DNA of 64,000 nucleotides from an uncultured Chloroflexia bacterium. GTDB lineage: Bacteria > Chloroflexota > Limnocylindria > Limnocylindrales > CSP1-4. Both the position numbers and the translations under genes were made by a program. Below, piece after piece: positions 39,889 to 49,970 of the stretch (position 1 is the first letter of the stretch; each line of letters opens with the position of its first letter). Location of the stretch: contig CAVPHR010000006.1 of NCBI GenBank assembly GCA_963704775.1, positions 67,523 through 131,522 of the forward strand. The letters run 5' to 3'. The notes under the pieces were generated by a model that saw only the letters and a program-made list of their open reading frames with translations, had not been told where the DNA came from and did not search any database.

Positions 39889-41798
39889 ATGCCCTTCAGC
39901 GACATGGCGGAGCGACTGGTCGCGCTCCGGACGCCGGGCGAGATCGCGATCGCTCCGGACGGCGAGACCGTCGTCTTCTCGCTCCACCCGGCCGCAGCGG
40001 ATGCCGGCTCGCACCTGCCGAGTGAGGTGTGGCTGCTCCGTGGCGACGGACCCGCGACGCTGCTGACGGACGGCTCGATGCCCGCGTGGTCACCGGACGG
40101 CGGTCGCATCGCGTTCCTCTCGGACCGGGCGACGCCGGGACATCAGCTGCCGTACACGACGACCCTCGATGGCAGGCCGGTGCTGGCGGCGGAGCTGACC
40201 GGCTCGGCCGAGGCGGTCGCCTGGTCGTCCGACGGCACGCATCTCCTCGTGATGGCCGCCGACGCAGGCCTGTATGGGCTCGACTTCTCGGCTCGCGCGG
40301 TGCTGTGGTCCGAGCACACGGGCCTCGAGGTCCGGCGGCCGAACGAGTGCCTGGCGCCGCCTGTTCTGGATCGACCTCGAGTCCGATGTCGTCCAGGAGG
40401 TCGGCCCGCCGAACCACAGTGTCTGGGAGTTCGACCTGCTCGACGATTCGACGGTCGTCGCGATCGTCTCGGACGCGCCCAGCGGCTACGGCTGGTACCA
40501 CTCGCGGCTCGTCGTGCATCGACCTCGCCAGCCGGACCGCCCGAACGCTGTACCAGCCGACCTGGCACCTCGAGGGGCTGACCGTGTCGCCCGACGCACG
40601 GCGGGCCGCGGTCGTCGAAGGCTACTCGAGCGACCCGGGCCTGCTCAGCGGCAGCATCAAGGTCATCGACCTCGACGATGCGTCGATCGCTGATCCCTGG
40701 CGCGGCCTCGAGACCGTGGGTCTGGCGTCCTGGTGTGATGCCGAGTCGCTCTGGTACGCGCGGACCGACAGCCTCGGGACCGCCGCGGGTCGGGTCTGGC
40801 TGGACGGCCGCCGCGACGAGGTCTGGTCCGGGCACGCGTTCATCGGCGGGAACGTCGTCAAGCCACAGTGCGCGGTGAGCGACGGCGCGGCCACGGTCCT
40901 CACCACCCATGAGGCGCACGGCGTCCCGCCCGAGATCGCCCGTTTCGATCCGGCGACGCGCGACTGGGTCCGCCTCACGACGTTCAACGACGCGCTCATG
41001 GCCGACGACCCGGTCTGGCCTGACGCCCGGCCGATGCGCTGGACCGCTCCGGACGGCCTCGAGATCGAGGGCTGGCTGATGACCCCGCACGGCGCGAACG
41101 GGCCGCTGCCGCTCATCGCCGCCGTCCACGGCGGCCCGAGCTGGTGCTGGAGCACGTACTTCTCCGAGTCCGAGCCGAACGGCGTCGTCCTCGCCGACGC
41201 CGGGTTCGCGGTCCTCCTGGCGAACCAGCGCGGCAGCACCGGTCGTGGGCACGCGTTCGCACAAGGCGTCATCGGCGACCCTGGCGGCGGGGACTTCGCC
41301 GACATCCTGTCCGGGATCGACGCGTGCATCGAGGCCGGCATCGCCGACCCGGATCGGCTCGGGATCGCCGGGTTGTCGTACGGCGGCTTCATGGCCGGCT
41401 GGGCCGTCGGCCAGACGGACCGGTTCAAGGCCGCCGTCGCCATGTCGGTCGTGGCCGACTTCCGGTCGCTGCACCTGACCTCGGAGGTGGCGGCCTGGGG
41501 CGAGGGCATCCTCGCCGGGCGGTGGGACGATCCGTCCGGCGCCTACACGGACCGATCGCCGGTCGTCCACGCCCACCGCTGCGTGACGCCGACGCTCGTG
41601 ACGGCCGGGGAGCTGGACCGCTGCACGCCGATGGAGCAGGGGGTCCAGCTCTACACGGCGATCGTGGCAGCCGGCGCCGAGACCGAGCTCGTCATCTATC
41701 CGCGCGAGGGCCACGTCGTCGTCGAGCGGGCGCACGCCCTCGACCAGATCCGGCGCACGACCGAATGGTTCGAGCGCTATCTGTCGGCGGGCGCCTGA
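39889..41798 (+). CDS. S9 family serine peptidase (prolyl oligopeptidase/acylaminoacyl-peptidase-like), frameshifted (2)
   Basis: The ATG at 39889 is preceded by GAAAGGA. N-terminal beta-propeller segments: AWSPDGGRIAFLSDR, VAWSSDGTHLLV. Catalytic domain from ORF 40029..41798: GIAGLSYGGFMAGWA (GxSxGG), ...ELDRCTP..., YPREGHVV. Frame switches are near 40340 and 40520. Confidence 0.85.
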
Positions 41799-41862
41799 CA
41801 GGCTCCCCGCAACGGCCAGACTCGCCGGCTCGCGCGTCGCCCGCGGCGCGTACGATGCCGGC

Positions 41863-42528
41863 GTGTCGACACGCCCCGCATCGGGCCAGCCGATCCTCGC
41901 CCTGATCCCCGGCTACCAGGAAGGGCCGCGCATCGCCGCCGTCGTGGTCGGTCGCCGGCGCGTCATCTGCCGGTCGTCGTCGTCGACGACGGCTCGACCG
42001 ACGACACCGCCGCCCAGGCCGAGGCGGCCGGCGCCACCGTCATCCGCCAGGTCCCGAACCAGGGCAAGGGCGCGGCGCTGCGGGCGGGCTTCCGGCACGC
42101 CCTCGACCCGGGCGCGGATGCGGTCGTCACGCTCGACGCGGACGGGCAGCACGACCCCGGCGGAGATCCCCGCCTTCCTCGGCGGCGTTCGAGCGCGACC
42201 GGCCCGAGCTCGTCATCGGGCGGCGCGACTTCGGCGCAGATGCCCGCCGTCCGACGCCTCTCGAACACGCTGGGCGGGTGGGTCTTCTCGGCGGCGGTCG
42301 GCGCGGTCGTCCCGGACAACCAGTCCGGCTACCGGCTGATCGGGCGGCCGACTGATGCGCGACGCTCCTCGACTCGGACGAGCCCGGGTTCGAGTTCGAG
42401 GTCGAGATGATCGCCCGCTGCATCGCGCTCGGCCTGCCGATCGCCTGGGTCCCGATCCGGACGATCTACGCGGGCGAGCCGAGCCACATCCGGCCGCTGG
42501 CACCACTTCACGCAGTTCCTGCGCGTGA
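41863..42528 (+). CDS. family-2 glycosyltransferase, frameshifted (at least 4); 3' end uncertain by about 60 nt
   Basis: ILALIPGYQEGPRIAAVV, then in other frames VVVVDDGSTDDTAAQAEAAGATVIRQVPNQGKGAALRAGF, AVVTLDADGQHDP (a DxD-type motif), PDNQSGYRLIG, GFEFEVEMIARCIALGLPIAWVPIRTIY. Confidence 0.7.
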
Positions 42529-42560
42529 CGCCGCGACGCGCGGCGGATCGTCAGCGGCGG

Positions 42561-44504
42561 TCAGGCCGGCCCGCGCCGGTAGGGGACGTCGCGCGACCAG
42601 CACGTTCGGGCGGCCGAGCAGCGCCTCGCGGATCCGCCGGCCGTTGTCGTTGTAGAGCAACCGCTCGAGCCGGTTGCGGGGCACGTACACGGGCAGCAGC
42701 ACGACGACGACCTCGTCGCCGGCCCGGCGCGACCGCCTCCTCGAGGTAGCGGACGAGCGGCCGAACCAGCGAGCGGTACGGCGACTCGACGATGACGAAC
42801 GGCACGCCGGGGACCTGGCGCTCGAAGCGCGCCCGCAGCTCCGCGCCTCGCTCGGCGTCGTCGGTGACGTGGACCGCGGTGACGTCGTCGGACATCGTCC
42901 GGGCGAACGTCAGCGCGTGGACGACGTCGCGGGTGACGTCGGCGACCGGGACGATGACCCGCTGCGTCCGCCTCGGCGGCCCGACGACGGTCTCCGCGCG
43001 GACCGCCGTCTCGACCCGACGCCGCTCGTAGCGCCGCTGGATCAGCACCATCGCCGCGACCAGCAGCGGGATGACGATCACGATCAGCCAGGCGCCGAGG
43101 GCGAACTTGGCGACGGCGAAGATCACGGTGACGATCCCGGTCGCGACCGCGCCGAACCCGTTGATGACGATGCTCCGCCGCCAGCCCGGTCTCGCGGCCT
43201 CGCCACCAGTGGCGGACCATGCCGGCCTGCGAGAGCGTGATCGAGGTGAAGACGCCGATCGCGTAGAGCGGGATGAGCGCCTCGACGCGGCCGCCGAAGG
43301 CGGCGAGGACGACGATCGACAGGAGTCGCGAGCGCCACGATCCCGGTGCTGAACGCGAGGCGCTCGCCGCGGAACGCGAACCGGCTCGGCATGAACCCGT
43401 CGCGGGCGAGCAGCGACGAGAGGCGCGGGAAGTCGGCGAAGGCCGTGTTCGCCGCCAGGATGAGGATGCCCATCGTCGAGAACTGGAGGATGTAGTAGAC
43501 CGGGCCGAGGCCGAACACCGCCCGGCCGAGCTCGGACAGGATCGTCTCGCCCTGGGCCGGCTGCGCGCCGGCGACGAGGGCCAGGTACGACGTCCCGAGG
43601 AACATGACCCCGACCAGGACGGCCATGACGGTCAGCGTCGTGCGGGCGTTGCGCGCCTCGGGCGGCCGGAACGCCGGGACGCCGTTCGAGACGGCCTCGA
43701 CGCCGGTGATCGCGCTGCACCCGTCGGCGAACGCGCGCATCAGCAGCAGGGCGCCCAGCGCCTCGGCCGGCACCACGAGCGGCGTGACGCCGGTGACCTG
43801 GGGCGGGCCGCCGAGCGAGCGTCTGGACGATGCCGATCGCCGATGAGCGCGAGCATCGAGACGACGAACACGTAGGTCGGGATGGCGAAGATCGTGCCGC
43901 TCTCGCGGACGCCGCGCAGGTTGATGAGCATCACGACCACGATCCCGACGCGCGGCCAGTCTCGACACGCAGGCCGTCGAGCGACCCGGGAAGGCCGACG
44001 TGATCGCCGCGATCCCGGCGGCGACGCTGACCGAGACCGTCAGCACGTAGTCGGTGAGGAGCGCCGCGGCGGCGACCAGGCCCGCCCCGACCCCCAGGTT
44101 CTCGCGCGCGACGATGTAGCTGCCGCCGCCGTTGGGGTAGGCGCGGATGGTCTGCCGGTACGAGACGACGATGATCGCCGAGCACGGCCACGATGAGCAC
44201 CGAGATCGGCAGCGACGAGCCCGAAGGTCGCCGACCCGGCGGCGAGCAGGGTGAACAGGATCGCCTCGGTCGCGTAGGCGACCGACGAGAGGTTGTCGCT
44301 CGAGAAGACGGCCAGGGCCTTGACCTTGGTCAGGCGCTCGGCGGCTTCCTCGGCATTGGCGAGCGGGCGACCGAAGGCCGTCCGGCGGAGCCGTGCGAGG
44401 GCCCGGTCGAGGCCGCCGGTCGGGTCGATCGCGGCGGGCCTGGCGACGACGACACCGGGCGCGCCGGTCCGGAAATAGCGCGACCGCGGCCGGTCGACGC
44501 GCAC
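42561..44504 (-). CDS. APC-superfamily permease with C-terminal cytoplasmic USP-like domain, frameshifted (at least 4)
   Basis: The GTG at 44504 gives ...FGRPLANAEEAAERLTKVKALAVFSSDNLSSVAYATEAILFTLL. TM core fragments lie in frames 43123..44805 and 42551..43720 (YRQTIRAYPNGGGSYIVARENLGVGAGLVAAAALLTDYVLTVSVSVAAG). The C-terminal piece is QRVIVPVADVTRDVVHALTFARTMSDDVTAVHVTDD...FVIVESPYRSLVRPLVRYLEE, ending ...LVARDVPYRRGPA at TGA 42561-42563. Confidence 0.75.
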
Positions 44505-44554
44505 GCGCCGATCCGCCGGCCGTCGGCCGGTTCTTGGGGATGGCCATCCGTCGG

Positions 44555-44805
44555 TCAGTCGTCGGGCCGAAGATCAGGGCGGCGGCGCCAGTCGGTGCGG
44601 TCGATCCGGAAGGCGACGGCCGGCGGCCTGGGCGTGCGCGAGAGCCGTCGGGGCGACGATCTCGGGCCCGCCGCAGCCCGACCAGGCGAGACACGCCGGC
44701 GGCGCCGCCCGCCACGAGCGCGATCGCGGCGTCGACCTCGGCGAGGTCGGCATCGATCAGGTCGGCCGGCCGGCGCGCGATGGTGACGGGATCGGTGAGG
44801 TCCAT
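44555..44805 (-). CDS. small hypothetical protein (~83 aa), probably frameshifted once or twice
   Basis: The ATG at 44805 is preceded by a strong SD (GGTGGAGG). It reads MDLTDPVTIARRPADLIDADLAEVDAAIALVAGGAA.... The plausible C-terminus ...AVAFRIDRTDWRRRPDLRPDD lies in another frame ending at 44555. No family recognised. Confidence 0.35.
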
Positions 44806-44862
44806 GCCTCCACCGTAGGCCGAGGCCCAAGAGGGAACGGCCAGCCGACCGGGCCTCGGCCC

Positions 44863-45609
44863 TCAACGATCGCTCAACGTTCCCCGTCGGACGCCGATCC
44901 TCGACCGATTCGCCGATCCGATAGCCGACGCCGGGTTCCGCCGTGATCGAGCTGCCCGGCCACGCCAGACGGGTCGGCCGCGGCGAGCTTGCGGCGAAGC
45001 CGGCTGACGTAGACGTGCAGGTAGTGCGCCTTCGTCGGCGTAGGCCGTGCCCCAGACCGCGCGGAGCAGGCGTCCCTTGGTGAGGAGCCGGCCGGGCTGG
45101 CCGGCCATCACCTTGAGCAACTCGTACTCGCGCGGCGTCAGGTCGACTCGCGTACCGTCGACCGTGACGCGCCGCGCGGCGATGTCGATGACGATCGGGC
45201 CCAGGGTCAACGACGCCATCCGAGGCCGCCGCCGGGCCCGCCTGCCCGACGCAGCAACGCGCCCACGCGGGCCCGCAGCTCGTCCATGCCGAACGGCTTC
45301 GTGACGTAGTCGTCAGCGCCGGCCTCGAGGGTGGCGACCTTGTCGCGCTCGTCGGAGCGAGCGGACAGGATCAGGATCGGCGTCGTCGCGTCGTGGCGGA
45401 TGCGGCGGACGACCGCCGCGCCGTCGAGGTCCGGCAGGCCGAGGTCCAGCAGGACGATGTCCGGGCGCTCGGCGTCCCAGCGTCGCAATGCCTCCGCCGC
45501 ATCGCCGGCGTCGTCGACGCGATAGCCGTGCGCCTCCAGGTTGCGGGCGACCGCGGCGCGGGTCGCCTGCGTCGTCCTCGACGAGGAGGACATGGGCGCC
45601 GACGGTCAT
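44863..45609 (-). CDS. OmpR/PhoB-family response regulator (KdpE-like), frameshifted (2)
   Basis: The ATG at 45609 gives MTVGAHVLLVEDD. The receiver domain is in ORF 45207..45593 (PDIVLLDLGLPDLDG...ILILSARSDERDKVATLEAGADDYVTKPF). The winged helix is in ORF 44863..45219 (VDLTPREYELLKVMAGQPGRLLTKGRLLRAVWG) plus off-frame HYLHVYVSRLRRKL and EPGVGYRI. Confidence 0.85.
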
Positions 45610-47274
45610 CGGTCCGACCCGTCGCCGGGGACGTGCGGCGACGGCCAGTGTCACGATGACGGCCAGGCCGCCGAGCTCGCTGCGAGGTGGCGGCGACGGT
45701 GCCGCCCATCGCCTCGACCAGGCCGCGCACGACGCTGAGACCGATGCCGAGGCCCTGTCGTGCGCCGGAGCCGCTGCCCGGGACACGGTAGAAGCGGTCG
45801 AACAGGTGCGCCAGGGCCTCGCGCGGGACGCCCGGCCCCCCGTCCTCCACGTCGAGGTGGACCCGCCCGTCGGCGGTCGATCGCGGCCGAGATCCGCACG
45901 GGCGCCGGCGACGCCGCGTGCACGAGCGCGTTGTCGAGCAGGTTCGTCAGGACGACGTCGAGAGGACGGCGTCGACGAGCACGGCGGGCAGCCCTCCGGA
46001 AGCGGAGACCTCGACCGTGCGCGTCGGGCGCGGCCGTAGCGCGTCCGAGCGACGACGGCCTCGACCAGGTCCGGCAGGTCGTGCGGCTCGAGGTCCGGGC
46101 GGAGCGCGCCTGCCTCGATCCTGCTCGAGGTCCAGCACGGCCGCGGACGAGATGGTCGAGGCGGGCGGCCTCCTCATCGATCACCCGCGCGGCGGCCCTC
46201 GTCGACCCTCGGTCCACGGGGACGGCCGGGTCGGTCAGACCGCCGGCAGTCGCCCGGATGCTGGCGAGAGGTGTGCGCAGGTCGTGCGACACCGAGTCGA
46301 TCAACGCGGTCTTGAGCGCGTCGCCCTGGCGGGCGATCTCGACGTCGGTCGCCTCCCGGCGAGCTGATCGCGTCGCAACGAGAGCGCGATCTGGTCCGCG
46401 GCGAGGGCCAGGATCCTCGTCTCGGCGCGTGTCGGCAACCCGCTCGAGCGGTCGCGAATCGCGCCGATGCTGCCGAGGACGCCGATCGACTCGGCCGATC
46501 CGTCGCCCGACGATGTCTCGATCCGGACCTTGAGGACCTGGAGGCCACTGCCCAATGGCTCCTTCCCGCGGCCGGCCTCGTGCGTGCGAACCCATCGCGC
46601 GGGTTCGTCACCGGGCGTCCGGACGAGCGTGCTGAGCACCGCGCTGGCCGGGATCGGCACGGCGGGGTCCGTGTCGGCCACGATCGCCTGACGTCCGTGA
46701 TCGCCGACCGCGATCCACACCCGTCGAAGGCCGGCATCGGCCGCCAGGCGGCGTGCGAGCTCGGGCGCGGCCTGGTCGGCCGAATCGGCGGTCGCGAGCA
46801 GGCGGCTCATCGCGAACAGGCTCGACGCCTCCCTCGCCCGCGCGTCGGACTCCTCGGCTCGCCCGTGCTGGATCGCGACCAGCCGCCCGATCGCGATGGC
46901 GACGAACAGGAAGAGCAGCAGGTCGAGCCACTCGCGGGGGTCGCTGACCACGAGCGAGAAGCGCGGCTGGGTCAGCAGGAGGTCGTAGGCCAGGAACGAG
47001 ACGAGCGCCGTCGCGATGGCCGCCCAGGTGCCGAACTGCGATCCGACGGCGACGACCGCGAGGAGGTAGACGGGCGACGCATCCTCGATGCCGATGTCGC
47101 CCGATTCGAGCGCGATCGCGAGGGCCGTGGCGAGCAGCAGCGTGACGGCGGCCAGGATCGCGGCCGCGGCCGCGCGTCGCGGGCTCGGGCGGGACGGGAA
47201 CGCGGCCGCCGCCCAGCCGCGGATCGTGAGGCCCAGATCGTCGGGCCGGGGCGGGATCGACACCGGTGAACGCA
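45606..47274 (-). CDS. sensor histidine kinase of the KdpD C-terminal type (DUF4118 TM domain + GAF-like + HisKA + HATPase), lacking the N-terminal KdpD/Usp sensor; frameshifted (at least 4)
   Basis: ORF 46301..47374 gives ASPVYLLAVVAVGSQFGTWAAIATALVSFLAYDLLLTQPRFSLVVSDPREWLDLLLFLFVAIAIGRL (DUF4118-like). The H-box ALIDSVSHDLRTPLASI is in frame 45651..46595. The ATP-lid pieces VEDGGPGVPREALAHLFDRFYR and GLGIGLSVVRGLVEAMGG are in frame 45371..45850. The start is taken at GTG 47274. The stop is inferred to overlap the response-regulator ATG (ATGA). Confidence 0.8.
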
Positions 47275-47468
47275 CGCCCAGATGGTAGGCCCGTGTCGAC
47301 CATATCGAGGCCCCTCGCGGTGCGTGGTACTGGCGGCTACCCCAAAGTACGGCTTGGCGGTGGTGGTACCTCACTCATACGCTCTGCCTCGCAGCGGGCC
47401 GCACCCTACCCCTGGCTACCCCAGGGGCCCGGACCGCCGACAAATGCGCAGAACGAGGCAACGACCAC

Positions 47469-47663
47469 ATGGCATCGATGGCCGTCAACGAACTTGGACC
47501 GATGCTCACCGCGACCGAAGTCGCCGAGATGCTTCACCTCCACGTGAACACCGTGAAGCGCCTGGGCGACCGGGGTGAGCTGCCGTTCTATCGCGTCTGC
47601 AAGCGCGGGGACCGCCGGTTCCGGCTCGACGACGTTATGAAGTTCCTCTCGCAGAACCGCTGA
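47469..47663 (+). CDS. small excisionase-family / BldC-like MerR-type HTH DNA-binding protein (64 aa)
   Basis: Intact ORF: MLTATEVAEMLHLHVNTVKRLGDRGELPFYRVCKRGDRRFRLDDVMKFL. This is the pattern of single-domain excisionase/BldC-type HTH proteins. It is flanked by about 190-nt non-coding stretches that look less GC-rich. Confidence 0.8.
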   Translation: MASMAVNELGPMLTATEVAEMLHLHVNTVKRLGDRGELPFYRVCKRGDRRFRLDDVMKFLSQNR

Positions 47664-47806
47664 CCGTCCCTGGTCGGACCCCGGTCCGACGGGATCGTCG
47701 TTCCTCTGCGCGTGTTCGAGCGCCCGGCCCACGAGGGCACGGGCGCTCCTTGCTGTCCCGGTCTGGAGCTGAGACGGGCCCAGACCCGAGCCCTATCAGT
47801 AAGGGC

Positions 47807-47837
47807 TTGACCCTCACGTAACGTCAGGGTCTAGACT
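47807..47837 (+). promoter_or_regulatory. MerR/TipA-type promoter-operator: -35 TTGACC, 19-nt spacer carrying an inverted repeat, -10 TAGACT
   Basis: TTGACC (47807-12), a 19-nt spacer, then TAGACT (47832-37). The 23-nt palindrome GACCCTCACGT-A-ACGTCAGGGTC (47809-47831) pairs at 10 of 11 positions. The ATG of the MerR gene lies 10 nt after the -10 element, giving a near-leaderless transcript. Confidence 0.7.
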
Positions 47838-47847
47838 CCCGATCGAG

Positions 47848-48630
47848 ATGGACGGCAACGGGCGCACCTACACGGTCGGAGAACTCGCCGACCTTGCGCA
47901 GGTCAGCGTCCGGACGCTCCACCACTACGACGCGATCGGGCTCCTGAGCCCGTCGGAACGGACCGCGTCGGGCTACCGGCTCTATCGCCACGAGGAACTC
48001 GAGGACCTGCAGCAGATCCTGCTGTTCCGGGAGCTCGACTTCCCGCTCGATGCGATCGGGCGCCTGATGCTCGACCCGAACTTCGACCGGCGGGCCGCGC
48101 TGGTCGCCCAACGCGAACAGCTGGCGGGTCGGACCCGTCGCATGGAGGCGATCCTCGCCGCCATCGACAGGGCCTTGGACGCGCTCTCGAAAGGAACGAC
48201 GATGAACGACGCCGACATGTTCGAGGTCTTCGGCGACTTCGACCCCAAGGCCTACGAGATCGAGGTCAAGGAGCGCTGGGGCGACACGGACGCCTACGCC
48301 GAGTCGGCGCGCCGGACCGCTAGCTACACCAAGGACGATTGGAAGGCGATCAAGGCCGAGAGCGAGGCCATCGGGACGGGCCTCGGCGCGGCGCTGGCCG
48401 CCGGCACAGCCCCGGGCGACCCCGAGGTCCAGGCGCTCGTCGAGCGTCACCGGCTGCAGATCGACACGCGGTTCTACCCGTGCTCGAAGGAGATGCACGC
48501 AACGCTCGGCGATATGTACGTCGCCGACCCGCGGTTCGAGGCGACCTACGAGCGGATCCAGCCCGGCCTCGCCCGGTTCGTCCGCGATGCGATCCGGATC
48601 AACGCGGGGATGCCGCCGGCCGCCGACTGA
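47848..48630 (+). CDS. MerR-family transcriptional regulator with TipAS-like C-terminal ligand domain (TipAL/Mta-like)
   Basis: Intact 260-aa ORF. The N-terminal MerR HTH is YTVGELADLAQVSVRTLHHYDAIGLLSPSERTASGYRLY. A coiled-coil linker follows, then a C-terminal domain with WGDTDAYAES...YPCSKEMHATLGDMYVADPRFEATYE. Confidence 0.9.
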   Translation: MDGNGRTYTVGELADLAQVSVRTLHHYDAIGLLSPSERTASGYRLYRHEELEDLQQILLFRELDFPLDAIGRLMLDPNFDRRAALVAQREQLAGRTRRMEAILAAIDRALDALSKGTTMNDADMFEVFGDFDPKAYEIEVKERWGDTDAYAESARRTASYTKDDWKAIKAESEAIGTGLGAALAAGTAPGDPEVQALVERHRLQIDTRFYPCSKEMHATLGDMYVADPRFEATYERIQPGLARFVRDAIRINAGMPPAAD

Positions 48631-48639
48631 GGGGCCGGG

Positions 48640-49908
48640 TCAGTCCAGCCCGGACAGAGTCTCCCCGAAGATCTCGACGGCCTCGGCGATCTCGGCGCCG
48701 GTGACGTCGAGCGGCGGGATCCAGCGGACGACCTCGTGCTGTCGGCCGCACGTCAGCACCAGCAGTCCGGCGTCCGCGCAGGCCGCGATCAGTCGATCGG
48801 GCAGCGCGGTGTCGGGCTCGCGGGTGCGCTTGTCGCGGACGAATTCGACGCCGACCATCAGGCCCGGCCCGCGGACGTCGCCGATGCGCTCGTCCTCGGC
48901 TGCCACGGCCGCGAGCCCGGCAACGAGCTCCGCGCCGCGCGCGACGACGTTCTCCACCAGCCGCTCCTCGCGGATCGTCTCGAGGACGGCGATGCCCGCC
49001 GCGCAGGCCACCGGGTTGCCGCCGTAGGTGGACCCGTGCGCGCCGCGGCCCCAGCGCTCCTGGAGGTCGCGCGACGACACGATCGCCGAGAGCGGCAGGC
49101 CGTTGGCGATCGCCTTGGCCAGGACCACGACGTCAGGCACGATCCCTGCGTGCTCGAATGCCCACATCTTCCCGGTACGCCCGAAGCCCGACTGGACCTC
49201 GTCGGCGATTAGCAGGATCCCGTGCTCGTCGCAGATGGATCGGAGCCCCTGCAGGAAGGCCGCCGGCGCGGGCATGTAGCCCCCTTCGCCGAGCACGGGC
49301 TCGATGAGGATCGAAGCGACGGTCGACGGCGCCACGACCGTCTCCATCAGCGAGCGGAGGATGTCGAGGCAGGCCTCCGACGCGCGTGCCTCGTCCCCGT
49401 CGAAGTCGTCGTAGACGGCCGGGTACGGCGCGAAGTAGACGCCCGGGACGAACGGCTCGTAGCCCGTCCGGTAGTTGAGGTTCGTGGTCGTCACGCTCAT
49501 CGCCCCGAACGTCCGCCCGTGGAAGCCGCCGCGGAACGCGATGATCCCGGGCCGTCCCGTCACCCGACGGGCGAGCTTCAGGGCCCCGTCGATCACCTCC
49601 GACCCGGAGTTCAGGAACATGACGGAGTCGAGCGGCGCGGGGAAGGTCGCCGCGAGGTCCGTCGCGAGGCGCGAGATGGGCTCCGTGTAGCCGATCGCGT
49701 TGATGGGGCCGCTGAGCTTGTCCACCTGGGCGTGGACCGCGGCCGTGACCCGTGGGTGGGCGTGCCCCAGGGCCGTCACGGCGATGCCGTTCGCGAAGTC
49801 CAAGTAGGCCTTGCCGTCGGTGTCGAACAGGCGGTGGCCGACGCCGTGGCTCCACTCGCGTTCGTAGTAGCGGCCGACGACGGGGGTCAGGTTCGGGGCG
49901 GTGTCCAT
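48640..49908 (-). CDS. class-III PLP-dependent aminotransferase (GABA/ornithine aminotransferase-like)
   Basis: Intact 422-aa ORF with SGSEVIDGALKLAR, GGFHGRTFGAMSVT, LLIADEVQSGFGRTGKMWAFEH, AKAIANGLPLS (the PLP-Lys region) and STYGGNPVACAAG. Confidence 0.9.
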   Translation of the reverse strand: MDTAPNLTPVVGRYYEREWSHGVGHRLFDTDGKAYLDFANGIAVTALGHAHPRVTAAVHAQVDKLSGPINAIGYTEPISRLATDLAATFPAPLDSVMFLNSGSEVIDGALKLARRVTGRPGIIAFRGGFHGRTFGAMSVTTTNLNYRTGYEPFVPGVYFAPYPAVYDDFDGDEARASEACLDILRSLMETVVAPSTVASILIEPVLGEGGYMPAPAAFLQGLRSICDEHGILLIADEVQSGFGRTGKMWAFEHAGIVPDVVVLAKAIANGLPLSAIVSSRDLQERWGRGAHGSTYGGNPVACAAGIAVLETIREERLVENVVARGAELVAGLAAVAAEDERIGDVRGPGLMVGVEFVRDKRTREPDTALPDRLIAACADAGLLVLTCGRQHEVVRWIPPLDVTGAEIAEAVEIFGETLSGLD

Positions 49909-49970
49909 CGCCCGAGTGTATCGACGGGAACCGGGCAGCGTCGGCCTGTGCGGCCGCGTAGCATGCCGCG

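Noticed and set aside
44863-47274. A classical kdpDE locus controlling kdpFABC
   Set aside because: No KdpA/B/C-like sequences occur in the window and the kinase lacks the N-terminal KdpD domain. It is therefore annotated only as KdpD-C-terminal-like/KdpE-like.
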